NCBI RefSeq assembly: GCF_019710635.1
Contig: NZ_JAIFZS010000041.1
Coordinates: 1 to 17,909, forward strand
Length of the DNA stretch: 17,909 bases
DNA from: Mycolicibacterium xanthum
Lineage (GTDB): Bacteria; Actinomycetota; Actinomycetes; Mycobacteriales; Mycobacteriaceae
Reading direction: 5' to 3'
A program made the translations under genes and the position numbers. Below are positions 9,018-16,629 of the stretch, one piece after another. The notes under the pieces are model-generated. The model was given only the letters and a program-made list of their open reading frames with translations, did no database searches and was not told the DNA's origin. Every line of letters starts with the position of its first letter. Position 1 is the first letter of the stretch.

Positions 9018-10105
9018 CGCCCGATGCGAAGACACCCCAACAGGGCGGGTTGGCCGCCGATCCCTATACCACAGCCCAGGAAGCACAGCAGGCACTGTCC
9101 GGAATGGTCTTCGCGGCACTCAAGAACCGGGGACGCAAAATACGCGCGCCGGAACGGTCCCTGCCGCTGACCATCATCGGTGGTTTTCTGGGCTCGGGAA
9201 AGACGACGTTGTTGAACCATCTGCTCACCGAACCGCACGGACGCCGCCTCGTGGTGCTGGTCAACGACTTCGGCCGGATCAACATCGACGCGGCCCTGGT
9301 GGCCTCCCAGACCGACGACATGATCACCCTCACCAACGGTTGCGCCTGTTGCGCCGTGTCAGCCGACCTGACCAACACGTTGATCGAACTCGCCGAGCGT
9401 GACGTGGCCCCCGAGACGATCGTGCTCGAGGCCAGTGGCATCGCCGACCCGACCGGGATCGCGCAGACCGCGCTGACCAACCAGGCAGTCCACCTCGACG
9501 GCATTCTGGTTGCGATCGACGCCGAAACCCTTCACGAGCGCGCCGAGAATCCGCTGACCAGCAGGCTGTTCGGCAACCAGATCGCGGCTGCCGACCTGAT
9601 CGTGCTCACCAAAGTCGATCTGATCGACGAAGCGCAGCAGGCCCTGACATGGGAATGGCTCGCAACTCACCACCCCGACAAATCCGTCGTCGAAGCAATA
9701 GGGGGAGACATTCCGCCGGAGGTCGTCTTGCGCGTCAACACAACGCGCGGCATGCAAACCGCGGCTGGGGATCCTGAGGACCACGCACGCGCCTTCGAAA
9801 GCGTGAGTGTGACGATCGACGATCCGCTCGAGCGCGACCATCTGCACGCGTTCTTCAACAGCCTGCCGAAGGCGCTGCTGCGCGCTAAAGGTGTACTGCA
9901 CCTGGTGGACACGACCACACATCGCACGATCTACCAACGCGTAGGCGCACGCTGGAGCTGCACACCAGGCCAGCCATGGGAAGACGAGAGGCCGCGCTCG
10001 AGCCTTGTCTTCATCGGCCCACCGGGACTGCTGGACCCAACCACTACAAGAGTGCGCCTCGAGGCGTGCGTGGCAGGCCGCAATGCTGCGATGGACTCGG
10101 CCTGA
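9014..10105 (+). CDS. CobW/P47K-type G3E GTPase (putative metallochaperone), GTG start overlapping the upstream stop
   Basis: GTG 9014..9016 overlaps TGA 9015..9017. Motifs: GGFLGSGKTTLLNHLL (P-loop), VLVNDFG, NGCACCAV (CxCC), VLEASGIADP, LTKVDLID. Confidence 0.92.
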   Translation: MTPDAKTPQQGGLAADPYTTAQEAQQALSGMVFAALKNRGRKIRAPERSLPLTIIGGFLGSGKTTLLNHLLTEPHGRRLVVLVNDFGRINIDAALVASQTDDMITLTNGCACCAVSADLTNTLIELAERDVAPETIVLEASGIADPTGIAQTALTNQAVHLDGILVAIDAETLHERAENPLTSRLFGNQIAAADLIVLTKVDLIDEAQQALTWEWLATHHPDKSVVEAIGGDIPPEVVLRVNTTRGMQTAAGDPEDHARAFESVSVTIDDPLERDHLHAFFNSLPKALLRAKGVLHLVDTTTHRTIYQRVGARWSCTPGQPWEDERPRSSLVFIGPPGLLDPTTTRVRLEACVAGRNAAMDSA

Positions 10106-10184
10106 GAACTTGTGCCATGCGCGTTTCGACCACGGTGCACAGTGAATGTCTGCTCCTCGATCTGATTGGTGGCTGAGGGAGATC

Positions 10185-10868
10185 ATGGGAGCCGAAATCG
10201 CACCGCTGAGTACCAGCATCATGATGATCACCTACTTCGGCGATGTCGTGTTCGCGGTCAGCGGCGCACTGACGGCAGCCCGCTACCGGATGGATGTGCT
10301 CGGGTTCGTGTTGATCGGCACCATCACCGGGATCGGCGGCGGAACCCTCCGTGACCTGCTGCTGGGTCGCACCGTCTGGTGGACACAGAACCCGCTCGAG
10401 CTAATCCTCTGCATGGTGGCCGCCCTGGCGACCTTTCTGGTGATCAGAAGCCACATCAGCTACCGGAAGGGAATGATCTGGGCCGACGCCCTCGGCTTGT
10501 CGGCGTTCGGAGTCGTCGGCTGCCACATCGCTCTTGAATTCGGCGCGCCGTTTGTGATCGCGGTCTTCATGGGCATGGTGACCGCGACCGGAGGCGGGAT
10601 CATTCGTGATGTGCTCACCAACACCCAGCCCATGATCACGAGCGGACAGCTGTATGCCACCGCCGCACTACTGGGGTCGCTTACCTACGCTGGTCTGCGC
10701 CATTTCGGCGCCCCCGAAATCCCCACAGAACTGGGATCAGTCCTAGCAGCATTCGTCCTGCGGGCGTTGGCGATAACTCTCGACATCCGCATGGGCCCAC
10801 CCGGCGAATTCATTCGGTTCGGGAAACACCAGAATGGCCAGTCCGGAGGCCGCGGCTCCTCGAGTTGA
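10185..10868 (+). CDS. Trimeric intracellular cation (TRIC) channel / UPF0126 (YadS-like) family membrane protein
   Basis: ORF open from 10146; the ATG at 10185 has AGGGAG upstream. Internal duplication of FAVSGALTAARYRMDVLG...GTITGIGGGTLRDLLLG and GLSAFGVVGCHIAL...GMVTATGGGIIRDVL, multiple transmembrane helices. Confidence 0.88.
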   Translation: MGAEIAPLSTSIMMITYFGDVVFAVSGALTAARYRMDVLGFVLIGTITGIGGGTLRDLLLGRTVWWTQNPLELILCMVAALATFLVIRSHISYRKGMIWADALGLSAFGVVGCHIALEFGAPFVIAVFMGMVTATGGGIIRDVLTNTQPMITSGQLYATAALLGSLTYAGLRHFGAPEIPTELGSVLAAFVLRALAITLDIRMGPPGEFIRFGKHQNGQSGGRGSSS

Positions 10869-12032
10869 GGCGATCGGAGTGACATGCGCCGGTCTGACCT
10901 CCCGGACCCACTTCGCACGGCGCCGAAACAAATACGGGATGAAGTCAGCCAGGTACGCCGCTGAGGTGGGCGGCGCAGCCGCGCTACTCTTCCCGGCGGG
11001 CCCCGGCGCCGTCCTGGTGACGTTGCATATCCGACTACTGCATATTCCGGTGACCACAGCATCAGCGCGGGGAGCCCGCTGACGGCTATCCAGATTCGAA
11101 GCGAGGCGATCAGGGAATACCTGGAGCGTCTCGCTGGGCAGCTCGCCGAAGACTCGGCGGTAGAGCCCGGAAAACCGTCCCGGGTGCCAGAATCCCCAGC
11201 GCATAGCCACATCGGTGACCGTGCTGTCCGCGGTGTTCGCCATTCGTAGATCATGGCGGGCGCGATGGAGATTCCTGGCCCGGAAGAATGCGGTCGGCGA
11301 CACACCGAACTCCCTGTCGAATGCGGCCCTGATCCAACGGTCGGTCACGCCAATGGTGGCGGCCAGGGCCGACACCCGCGGACTCGGGCCGATTTGGTCG
11401 GCGGCTTCGAGACACGAACGGACGATTCGCGCCGATGCCTTCAACCTCGGTTCCGCCGGAACCGTCCCCGCGAGGGCGTCGTCCAGCGTCGTTCGCAAGT
11501 CGGCTTCCAGTACCGGGAGCAGTTCCGGAGTCACGATGCCGCTAAAAAGACAATCACAGACCGTCCTCAACAGGAGTCCCAACCGAGCGACCTCGTCGTC
11601 TTCCGTCACCGTGAGGCCGTCGGCTCCCGCGGTACCGGCCTCATCATGGGGAACGGTGAGGGCGGCAAAAGTGAGCGGCTGGCGGGCCGTACCACCGTGT
11701 TCACATCCGGGCGTGTAACGCCACAGGGACCGCGGATCGAGTTCGACACCGTTCCAGGAACCCTCGGCCAGGGTAAGGGGAACACCGATCACATCCGTGC
11801 CGGGATTCACCTCGCCGAACGTGACCAGAGGGAAGTCAAACGCACCAAAACTCGCCGATGTGTCGCCGAGTTGGAGCCCCCCGACGGTGACGTGGCCCCG
11901 AGTATTGGTGAGTTGGGCCGCTTCCAGAGGAATACCCGCGATGGCTTCCTCGATGACCTCGATATCGGTTCCGCGCACAACCATCGCCGGAACCGACCGC
12001 TCGCGCTGTGGGATATCGGTCCGGCCGGCCAC
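10743..12032 (-). CDS. AraC-family transcriptional regulator (with an unusual C-terminal extension)
   Basis: 429-aa ORF; C-terminal HTH region SALAATIGVTDRWIRAAFDREFGVSPTAFFRARNLHRARHDLRMANTADSTVTDVAMRWGFWHPGRFSGLYRRVFGELPSETL. Confidence 0.85.
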   Translation of the reverse strand: MAGRTDIPQRERSVPAMVVRGTDIEVIEEAIAGIPLEAAQLTNTRGHVTVGGLQLGDTSASFGAFDFPLVTFGEVNPGTDVIGVPLTLAEGSWNGVELDPRSLWRYTPGCEHGGTARQPLTFAALTVPHDEAGTAGADGLTVTEDDEVARLGLLLRTVCDCLFSGIVTPELLPVLEADLRTTLDDALAGTVPAEPRLKASARIVRSCLEAADQIGPSPRVSALAATIGVTDRWIRAAFDREFGVSPTAFFRARNLHRARHDLRMANTADSTVTDVAMRWGFWHPGRFSGLYRRVFGELPSETLQVFPDRLASNLDSRQRAPRADAVVTGICSSRICNVTRTAPGPAGKSSAAAPPTSAAYLADFIPYLFRRRAKWVREVRPAHVTPIASTRGAAASGLAILVFPEPNEFAGWAHADVESYRQRPQDECC

Positions 12033-12063
12033 AACTCGACCCTAACGAAATCGCGCGGTTCGA

Positions 12064-12083
12064 GTTCTGTTTCGGAACAGGAC
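12064..12083. promoter_or_regulatory. Imperfect inverted repeat GTTCTGTT-TCGG-AACAGGAC in the divergent araC-like / MBL intergenic region
   Basis: 8-nt arms with 7/8 pairing around a 4-nt spacer, 32 nt upstream of the AraC-like start. Confidence 0.4.
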
Positions 12084-12186
12084 CGCCACTGCCATAGCGC
12101 TGGTTCCCAAGGCCGCCGACGTCCGTTCTCAATGAAGTCGGCGGCACATCACAAGTCCGCCAGCGATAGTCTCGACAGTTCCGATA

Positions 12187-13511
12187 GTGGATATCGCGCC
12201 GAACGTCAGTGTGAAAAACTCCGCGATTGTGACCACGATGCCGACGAACCCATACGGCGGCGGCCCAGGCACTGGGATCAGCCTGCCCGAATACTTCAAG
12301 CCGACCCCCTCGGTGCAGAGCCGCAACCAGTACTACCCGGGCACCGAAGAACTCGGTGCTGACGAGATGCGGATCTCGTTCGTCGGTTCGACACCGTTCC
12401 CGCCGCGGCGCGACCAGGCGGGAACATCGATCATGGTCGAGCTGGGCAACGGTGAGCGGCTGTTCTTCGACTTCGGTCCCGGTTGTCTGCGCAACATCAT
12501 CTCGATGCAGGTGCCGCAGCAAGAAGTCAACGACATCTTCATCAGCCACCTGCACGTCGACCACTACCACGACATCTCCTACCTCCTCCCGTTCTCCGCA
12601 TGGTCGGGTCGCTACCTTCCACTTCGCGTCCACGGCCCGTCCGGCCGGACCCCGAACTGGGTACGCAAGCAATGATCGACGGAATGAAGCAGATGCTTCG
12701 ATGGCATCTGGAGGCCTTCGATCACTTCCCGATCGGCGATGGGTACGAAGTCGATGTGAACGAGTTCGACTGGAAGGATGAGAACGGCGTCTGTTTCGAC
12801 CGCAACGGCACCCAGGTCAGGCACTGGCGGCGATCACACGCCAAGGACGGGGCGAGCGCGTATCGACTCGACTGGAATGGGCTCAGCTTCGTGTGGACAG
12901 GTGACGGCCGACCCGACGAATTAACCGCGAAGTACGCCGCAGGTGTTGACGTGTTCGTCACGGAATGTCAGAACGACACTGCGAGATTGATCCAGCAGAA
13001 GTACGGGGTCCCCGAATGGCTCTACGACTACACCATTGACACCCATCACACCCCGCACTATGCGGCCGGCTACCTGATGAAGCAGGTCAACCCACGAATC
13101 GGCATGGTGACCCACTTTGAGTTCGAAGAGGATCTGATTGCCGAGACTGTGGCCGGAATTCGGGCCCACTGGGACGGGTTCTTCGCGTTCGGCGCCCCCG
13201 ACGTCGTGACGGTCAATGTGACCTCGGATGCGATCTGGATCCGCAAGGCAGTGCTCCCGGGTCTGACCGGCGCGCGAATTCCTGACTTCCGCAAGCTATT
13301 GGGCACAAAGGATGTACCTGAGGAATTAGATCTGCCCCGTCCTCGCCTGCCCCGCGAAGAACAGCAAGAGCAGCACACCCGAGATCTAGAGATCGATCCA
13401 CACACCTACTACCCTCCCGACGTGTACAAGGAGCCGCTGGTCCGGCTACCTGATCCGCTGACGATGCCCATTCGGCAGATCATGGAGAACTTCGGGTATG
13501 ACCTCGACTGA
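12187..13511 (+). pseudogene. MBL-fold metallo-hydrolase (resembling the family some annotations name GntH) interrupted by an apparent 1-nt frameshift near 12650
   Basis: The frame from 12187 encodes ...ISHLHVDHYHDISYLLPFSAWSGRYLPLRVHGPSGRTP and stops at 12675. The continuation (ELGTQAMIDGMKQMLRWHLEAFDHFPIGDGYEVDVNEFDW...) is in the -1 frame and stops at 13511. HxHxDH metal motif present. The start could also be the ATG at 12238. Confidence 0.85.
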
Positions 13512-14490
13512 TGCGCACGACACCGAGGTGTCGACCGCATGTGGTCAGTTCGTACCGAATGATCTCGTACCGGTCACTGTGCTCACGGGGTTCCTCGGAG
13601 CGGGGAAGACCACCCTGCTCAACCGGCTCCTTGCCGGAGAGCACGGCCGCAAGATCGCCGTGCTCGTCAACGATTTCGGCGATATCAACATCGACGCGGA
13701 CCTCGTCGTGGGCGTCGACGACGAGATGATCTCGCTGGCCAATGGGTGTGTGTGCTGCGAAGTCCGCGACGATCTCGTGGCCGCGATCATCGCACTGCTC
13801 GAGCGCGACATCAGGCCGGACCACATCGTGCTCGAAGCAAGTGGCGTGGCCGAGCCGATGAGTCTGGCCATGACGTTCTCGCAGGAGATGTTCGCCGCCC
13901 AACTCCGGCTCGACGGGGTCATCACGGTGCTCGACTGCGAGCAGTTCCTGGATATCCCAGATCTGATGGAGCACAAGCTCCGCCAGATCGTCTGCGCCGA
14001 CCTCGTCGTACTGAACAAGACCGACCTTGTTTCTCTTGACCAACTCAACGAGGTGCAGGCATGGATCAACAATCGGGTACATCGGATCCGCTACGTTCCT
14101 GCCATCTACGGCGATGTACCGGTCGACGTGCTCATCGGCCTCAACAGGACTGACGACATTGCTCCGGTACACGACGGCGAAGACCCGCACGGTGCGCGAT
14201 TCACCACGGCCAGCTTCAGAACAACAGCACCGATGGACCCGCACCGGCTGATGAGGGTGGCAAAGGAGCTACCCGGCAGCGTCTACCGGATGAAGGGCGT
14301 GCTGGCCAGCACCGACGAACCTGATCGCCGCTCCATCCTGCAGGTCGTCGGGCGACGAGTGTCGATCACGCCAGACGCTCCGTGGTACCAAACAGCCCCG
14401 TCCACACGGATCGTCATGGTCGGGGCGAACAACATGCCCGCCGAGGACATCGTCACCCTGTTGCAGGGCTGTACTACCGGCCCCTTGTGA
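13498..14490 (+). CDS. Second CobW/P47K-type G3E GTPase, overlapping the MBL-fold gene by 14 nt
   Basis: 330-aa ORF: LTGFLGAGKTTLLNRLL, VLVNDFGDINIDADLV, NGCVCCEVRDDL (CxCC), VLEASGVAEP, LNKTDLV, and a C-terminal VYRMKGVLA...LQVVGRRVSI CobW-C-like region. Confidence 0.92.
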   Translation: MTSTDAHDTEVSTACGQFVPNDLVPVTVLTGFLGAGKTTLLNRLLAGEHGRKIAVLVNDFGDINIDADLVVGVDDEMISLANGCVCCEVRDDLVAAIIALLERDIRPDHIVLEASGVAEPMSLAMTFSQEMFAAQLRLDGVITVLDCEQFLDIPDLMEHKLRQIVCADLVVLNKTDLVSLDQLNEVQAWINNRVHRIRYVPAIYGDVPVDVLIGLNRTDDIAPVHDGEDPHGARFTTASFRTTAPMDPHRLMRVAKELPGSVYRMKGVLASTDEPDRRSILQVVGRRVSITPDAPWYQTAPSTRIVMVGANNMPAEDIVTLLQGCTTGPL

Positions 14491-14545
14491 GGGCCGTCCC
14501 CAGGTACCGGTACAACACCCGCACCCGAAAGATCGGCCGGTCCGG

Positions 14546-14665
14546 TCAGGGTTGCAATCGTATCCACACCTGCCGGTCCAGGAGCATCCCGACGAGCAAC
14601 GCGAAGGGGTTGGATTCCAGCACGGCATAAGCCGGTGGATCTTGGACCAGTGGGAGGTTCGGTAT
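14546..14665 (-). pseudogene. Degenerate N-terminal fragment of an actinobacterial HhH-GPD base-excision repair-like gene
   Basis: Minus-strand frame reads IPNLPLVQDPPAYAVLESNPFALLVGMLLDRQV and then WIRLQP*; resembles the conserved N-terminus (QDPxADALLxxNPFALLxGMLLDQQ) of this family. ATG replaced by ATA and truncated after ~34 codons. Confidence 0.5.
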
Positions 14666-14715
14666 GTCGGCCAGTGTAGGACTGTGCGGCGTGAGGCAGC
14701 CCACCCGAGCCGGCC
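14655..14715 (+). repeat. Left copy of an imperfect direct repeat flanking the methyltransferase/HgcAB-like pair
   Basis: aggttcggTatgtcggccagTGtaggac matches aggttcggCatgtcggccagCTtaggac at 16630 (25/28); a weaker match extends to gagccggcc/gagccggtc. Confidence 0.6.
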
Positions 14716-14818
14716 AACGTCGAGTTGGGGCAGCCGCATGTGAACGTTCGTGCTCGAAGGCGACGAAGTCGGGCTCCGGCCACATTTTGCCGTGGCGTGC
14801 GCCGATAATCGGACTGCG

Positions 14819-15478
14819 ATGACTAGTTTCGTCTGGATGAAGGTTCTGGAGTCGGCGCCGGAGCGCTATGACCGCGGCATCCGGATGCTGTCGGGCGGGC
14901 GCATCGCCGCGGTCTACGAGCGCATCGCCGATCTGGTTGCTGCACCTGGCAAACGAGTCCTCGATATCGGCTGTGGCACCGGCGGCGTAACGGTGGCCTG
15001 CGCGGCCCGCGGTGCGACCGTGACCGGCATCGACATCGATGCGGGCATGCTGGAGATGGCCCGAACCAAGCCGCGCTCCACATCTGGCAGCGCGGAGTTC
15101 GTACAGCTTGGCGCGGCGGAAATCGAGGATCGCTTTGCCGCGGAAAGCTTGGATGCGGTCGTGTCATGTCTGGCGCTGAGCGAGATGTCGCCCGAGGAGC
15201 AGGACTACGTGCTTCGCGCCGCTTATTCGTGTTTGGCCCCTGGGGGCGCGCTGGTAATCGCTGACGAGACGACACCGGAGGGACGCCTTTCGCGGCTCGG
15301 GTATCGCCTGCGGCGGCTGCCGCTCGCGGCGGCGACATATCTACTCACTCAGACCACGACCAGGCCGCTGCGTGGTCTGTGCGCACGAGTGCAGGCAGCC
15401 GGGTTCTCGATCGCTTCGAAGGAGCGGATGTGGTCGGGGAGGTTCCTGATCCTGCACGCATACAAGGCGCGGTCATGA
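14819..15478 (+). CDS. Class I SAM-dependent methyltransferase, likely the corrinoid-protein-associated type (CpaM-like)
   Basis: ORF open from 14750; the ATG at 14819 gives MTSFVWMKVLESAPERYDRGIRMLSGGRIAAVYERIADL. SAM motif VLDIGCGTGGVTVACAARGATVTGIDID, plus LAPGGALVIADE. Its stop overlaps the next start (ATGA). Confidence 0.85.
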   Translation: MTSFVWMKVLESAPERYDRGIRMLSGGRIAAVYERIADLVAAPGKRVLDIGCGTGGVTVACAARGATVTGIDIDAGMLEMARTKPRSTSGSAEFVQLGAAEIEDRFAAESLDAVVSCLALSEMSPEEQDYVLRAAYSCLAPGGALVIADETTPEGRLSRLGYRLRRLPLAAATYLLTQTTTRPLRGLCARVQAAGFSIASKERMWSGRFLILHAYKARS

Positions 15479-16590
15479 AGATCACCGACTTTCCTGCGTA
15501 CCTCCGCGACCGGGTGTTGGGCATGCTGCCGCACCGCGCCCCGACTGGGCTGATCCGCATCGGGAAGCCGGACCGCCACTCGCCGGTGCTGGTCACCGGT
15601 AACTTCACGCTCACCGTGCGACGCCTTCGCGATGCGCTGCGTGGCCATGATGCTTGGTTGCTGGTGGCCAACAGCAAAGGAATCGATGTGTGGTGCGCTG
15701 CAGGTGGCGGCCACCTCACCCATCACGACATCATTTCCGCGATCCGTACCTCGGAGCTCGCACATGAGGTCGACCATCGGGAAATCATCTTGCCGCAACT
15801 CTGCGCCACCGGCGTCGAGCGCCCTCCGATCACCGAAGCGACGGGATTTGCGACGCGGTGGGGACCGGCACGACTCGAAGACCTGCCGGCCTACCTCGAC
15901 CGCGGGGCGCAGACGATCAAGAGCGACCGCTCCATGCGTTTTCCGGCCTGGGAACGCCTGGAGATGGCGGTGCTGCTCGTTGTGCCGATGCTGATTGTCC
16001 TGCTTCCGATTTTGGCGGGTCTGTTCGGTTGGGCAACCATGGCGGTGGGAGGTGCGACCGTCGGCTTGTTCGTGGCCGCGTTGTTCGGCCTGCTTCCATG
16101 GCTGCAGGTTCGAGGGCGTCGGCGCTTTCTGACATTCGCCGGCTTCGCAGCGGGGGCCGGCCTTTTCGGTTGCGCATTGTTGTCAATCGTTGACGCGGCG
16201 ACACCGGCTCGCCTGACGGCGGTGAGCGTCGCGGCAGTCGCCGCGATCGCGGTTGCGTCGATTGATCTCGCCGGGTTCACGCCCTGGTATGGGAGCTATA
16301 TCAACACTTTCCACAACGAGGCGCACATCGAATTGATGGCCGCCCGTTGCACGGCTGCGGCGGAGTGTGTGCAGGTGTGCCCGCGAGACGTGCTCGAAAT
16401 GAACGAGACTCAAGACAAGGTGGAGATCAGGAAACCCGATTGGTGCATTCAATGCGGCGCCTGCATCGTGCAGTGTCCTACCGATGCATTGCGCTTCCGA
16501 TACGGCGACGGCCGCGTCGTCGAGGCGCCGACCATACGTCGGACACGCATGAACATGCTGGGGCGCCGCAGCGTCGAAATGCCTGATTGA
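15475..16590 (+). CDS. hgcAB-like: HgcA-like corrinoid-binding membrane protein fused to an HgcB-like ferredoxin domain (HgcAB-like fusion)
   Basis: 371-aa product: GNFTLTVRRL...WLLVANSKGIDVWCAAGGGHLTHHDIISAIRTSEL (cap-helix-like motif), about 4 transmembrane helices, then CTAAAECVQVCP and CIQCGACIVQCPTDALRF ferredoxin motifs. Confidence 0.85.
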   Translation: MKITDFPAYLRDRVLGMLPHRAPTGLIRIGKPDRHSPVLVTGNFTLTVRRLRDALRGHDAWLLVANSKGIDVWCAAGGGHLTHHDIISAIRTSELAHEVDHREIILPQLCATGVERPPITEATGFATRWGPARLEDLPAYLDRGAQTIKSDRSMRFPAWERLEMAVLLVVPMLIVLLPILAGLFGWATMAVGGATVGLFVAALFGLLPWLQVRGRRRFLTFAGFAAGAGLFGCALLSIVDAATPARLTAVSVAAVAAIAVASIDLAGFTPWYGSYINTFHNEAHIELMAARCTAAAECVQVCPRDVLEMNETQDKVEIRKPDWCIQCGACIVQCPTDALRFRYGDGRVVEAPTIRRTRMNMLGRRSVEMPD

Positions 16591-16629
16591 TCATCCACCG
16601 TGGCGAGAAGGCGGATGCACCGACGCTGA

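Noticed and set aside
9359-10231. 290-aa minus-strand ORF
   Set aside because: Antisense to GTPase 1, which has complete G3E motifs.
11253-12362. 369-aa plus-strand ORF
   Set aside because: Antisense to the AraC-like gene with low-complexity composition; the AraC HTH motif supports the minus strand.
12483-12650. 5' portion of the 342-aa ORF 12483..13511
   Set aside because: Before the frameshift near 12650 this frame overlaps the HxHxDH-bearing MBL frame and is non-homologous; only the part after ~12651 is real coding sequence.
11836-12672. 278-aa minus-strand ORF
   Set aside because: Overlaps the AraC-like and MBL genes antisense and lacks motifs.
13480-14244. 254-aa minus-strand ORF
   Set aside because: Antisense to GTPase 2.
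12187-14490. Calling the locus a guanitoxin biosynthetic cluster
   Set aside because: Only the MBL protein resembles a Gnt-associated family; no other guanitoxin pathway enzymes are visible in the window.
14491-14818. Cobalamin riboswitch upstream of the corrinoid methyl-transfer pair
   Set aside because: Looked for a B12-box-like sequence and riboswitch-like fold; nothing convincing. An Infernal/Rfam scan would be decisive.
15475-16590. Claiming that this organism methylates mercury
   Set aside because: The fusion is divergent at the cap helix and first Fe-S motif, and fused HgcAB-like proteins have not been shown to methylate mercury; function must be tested.
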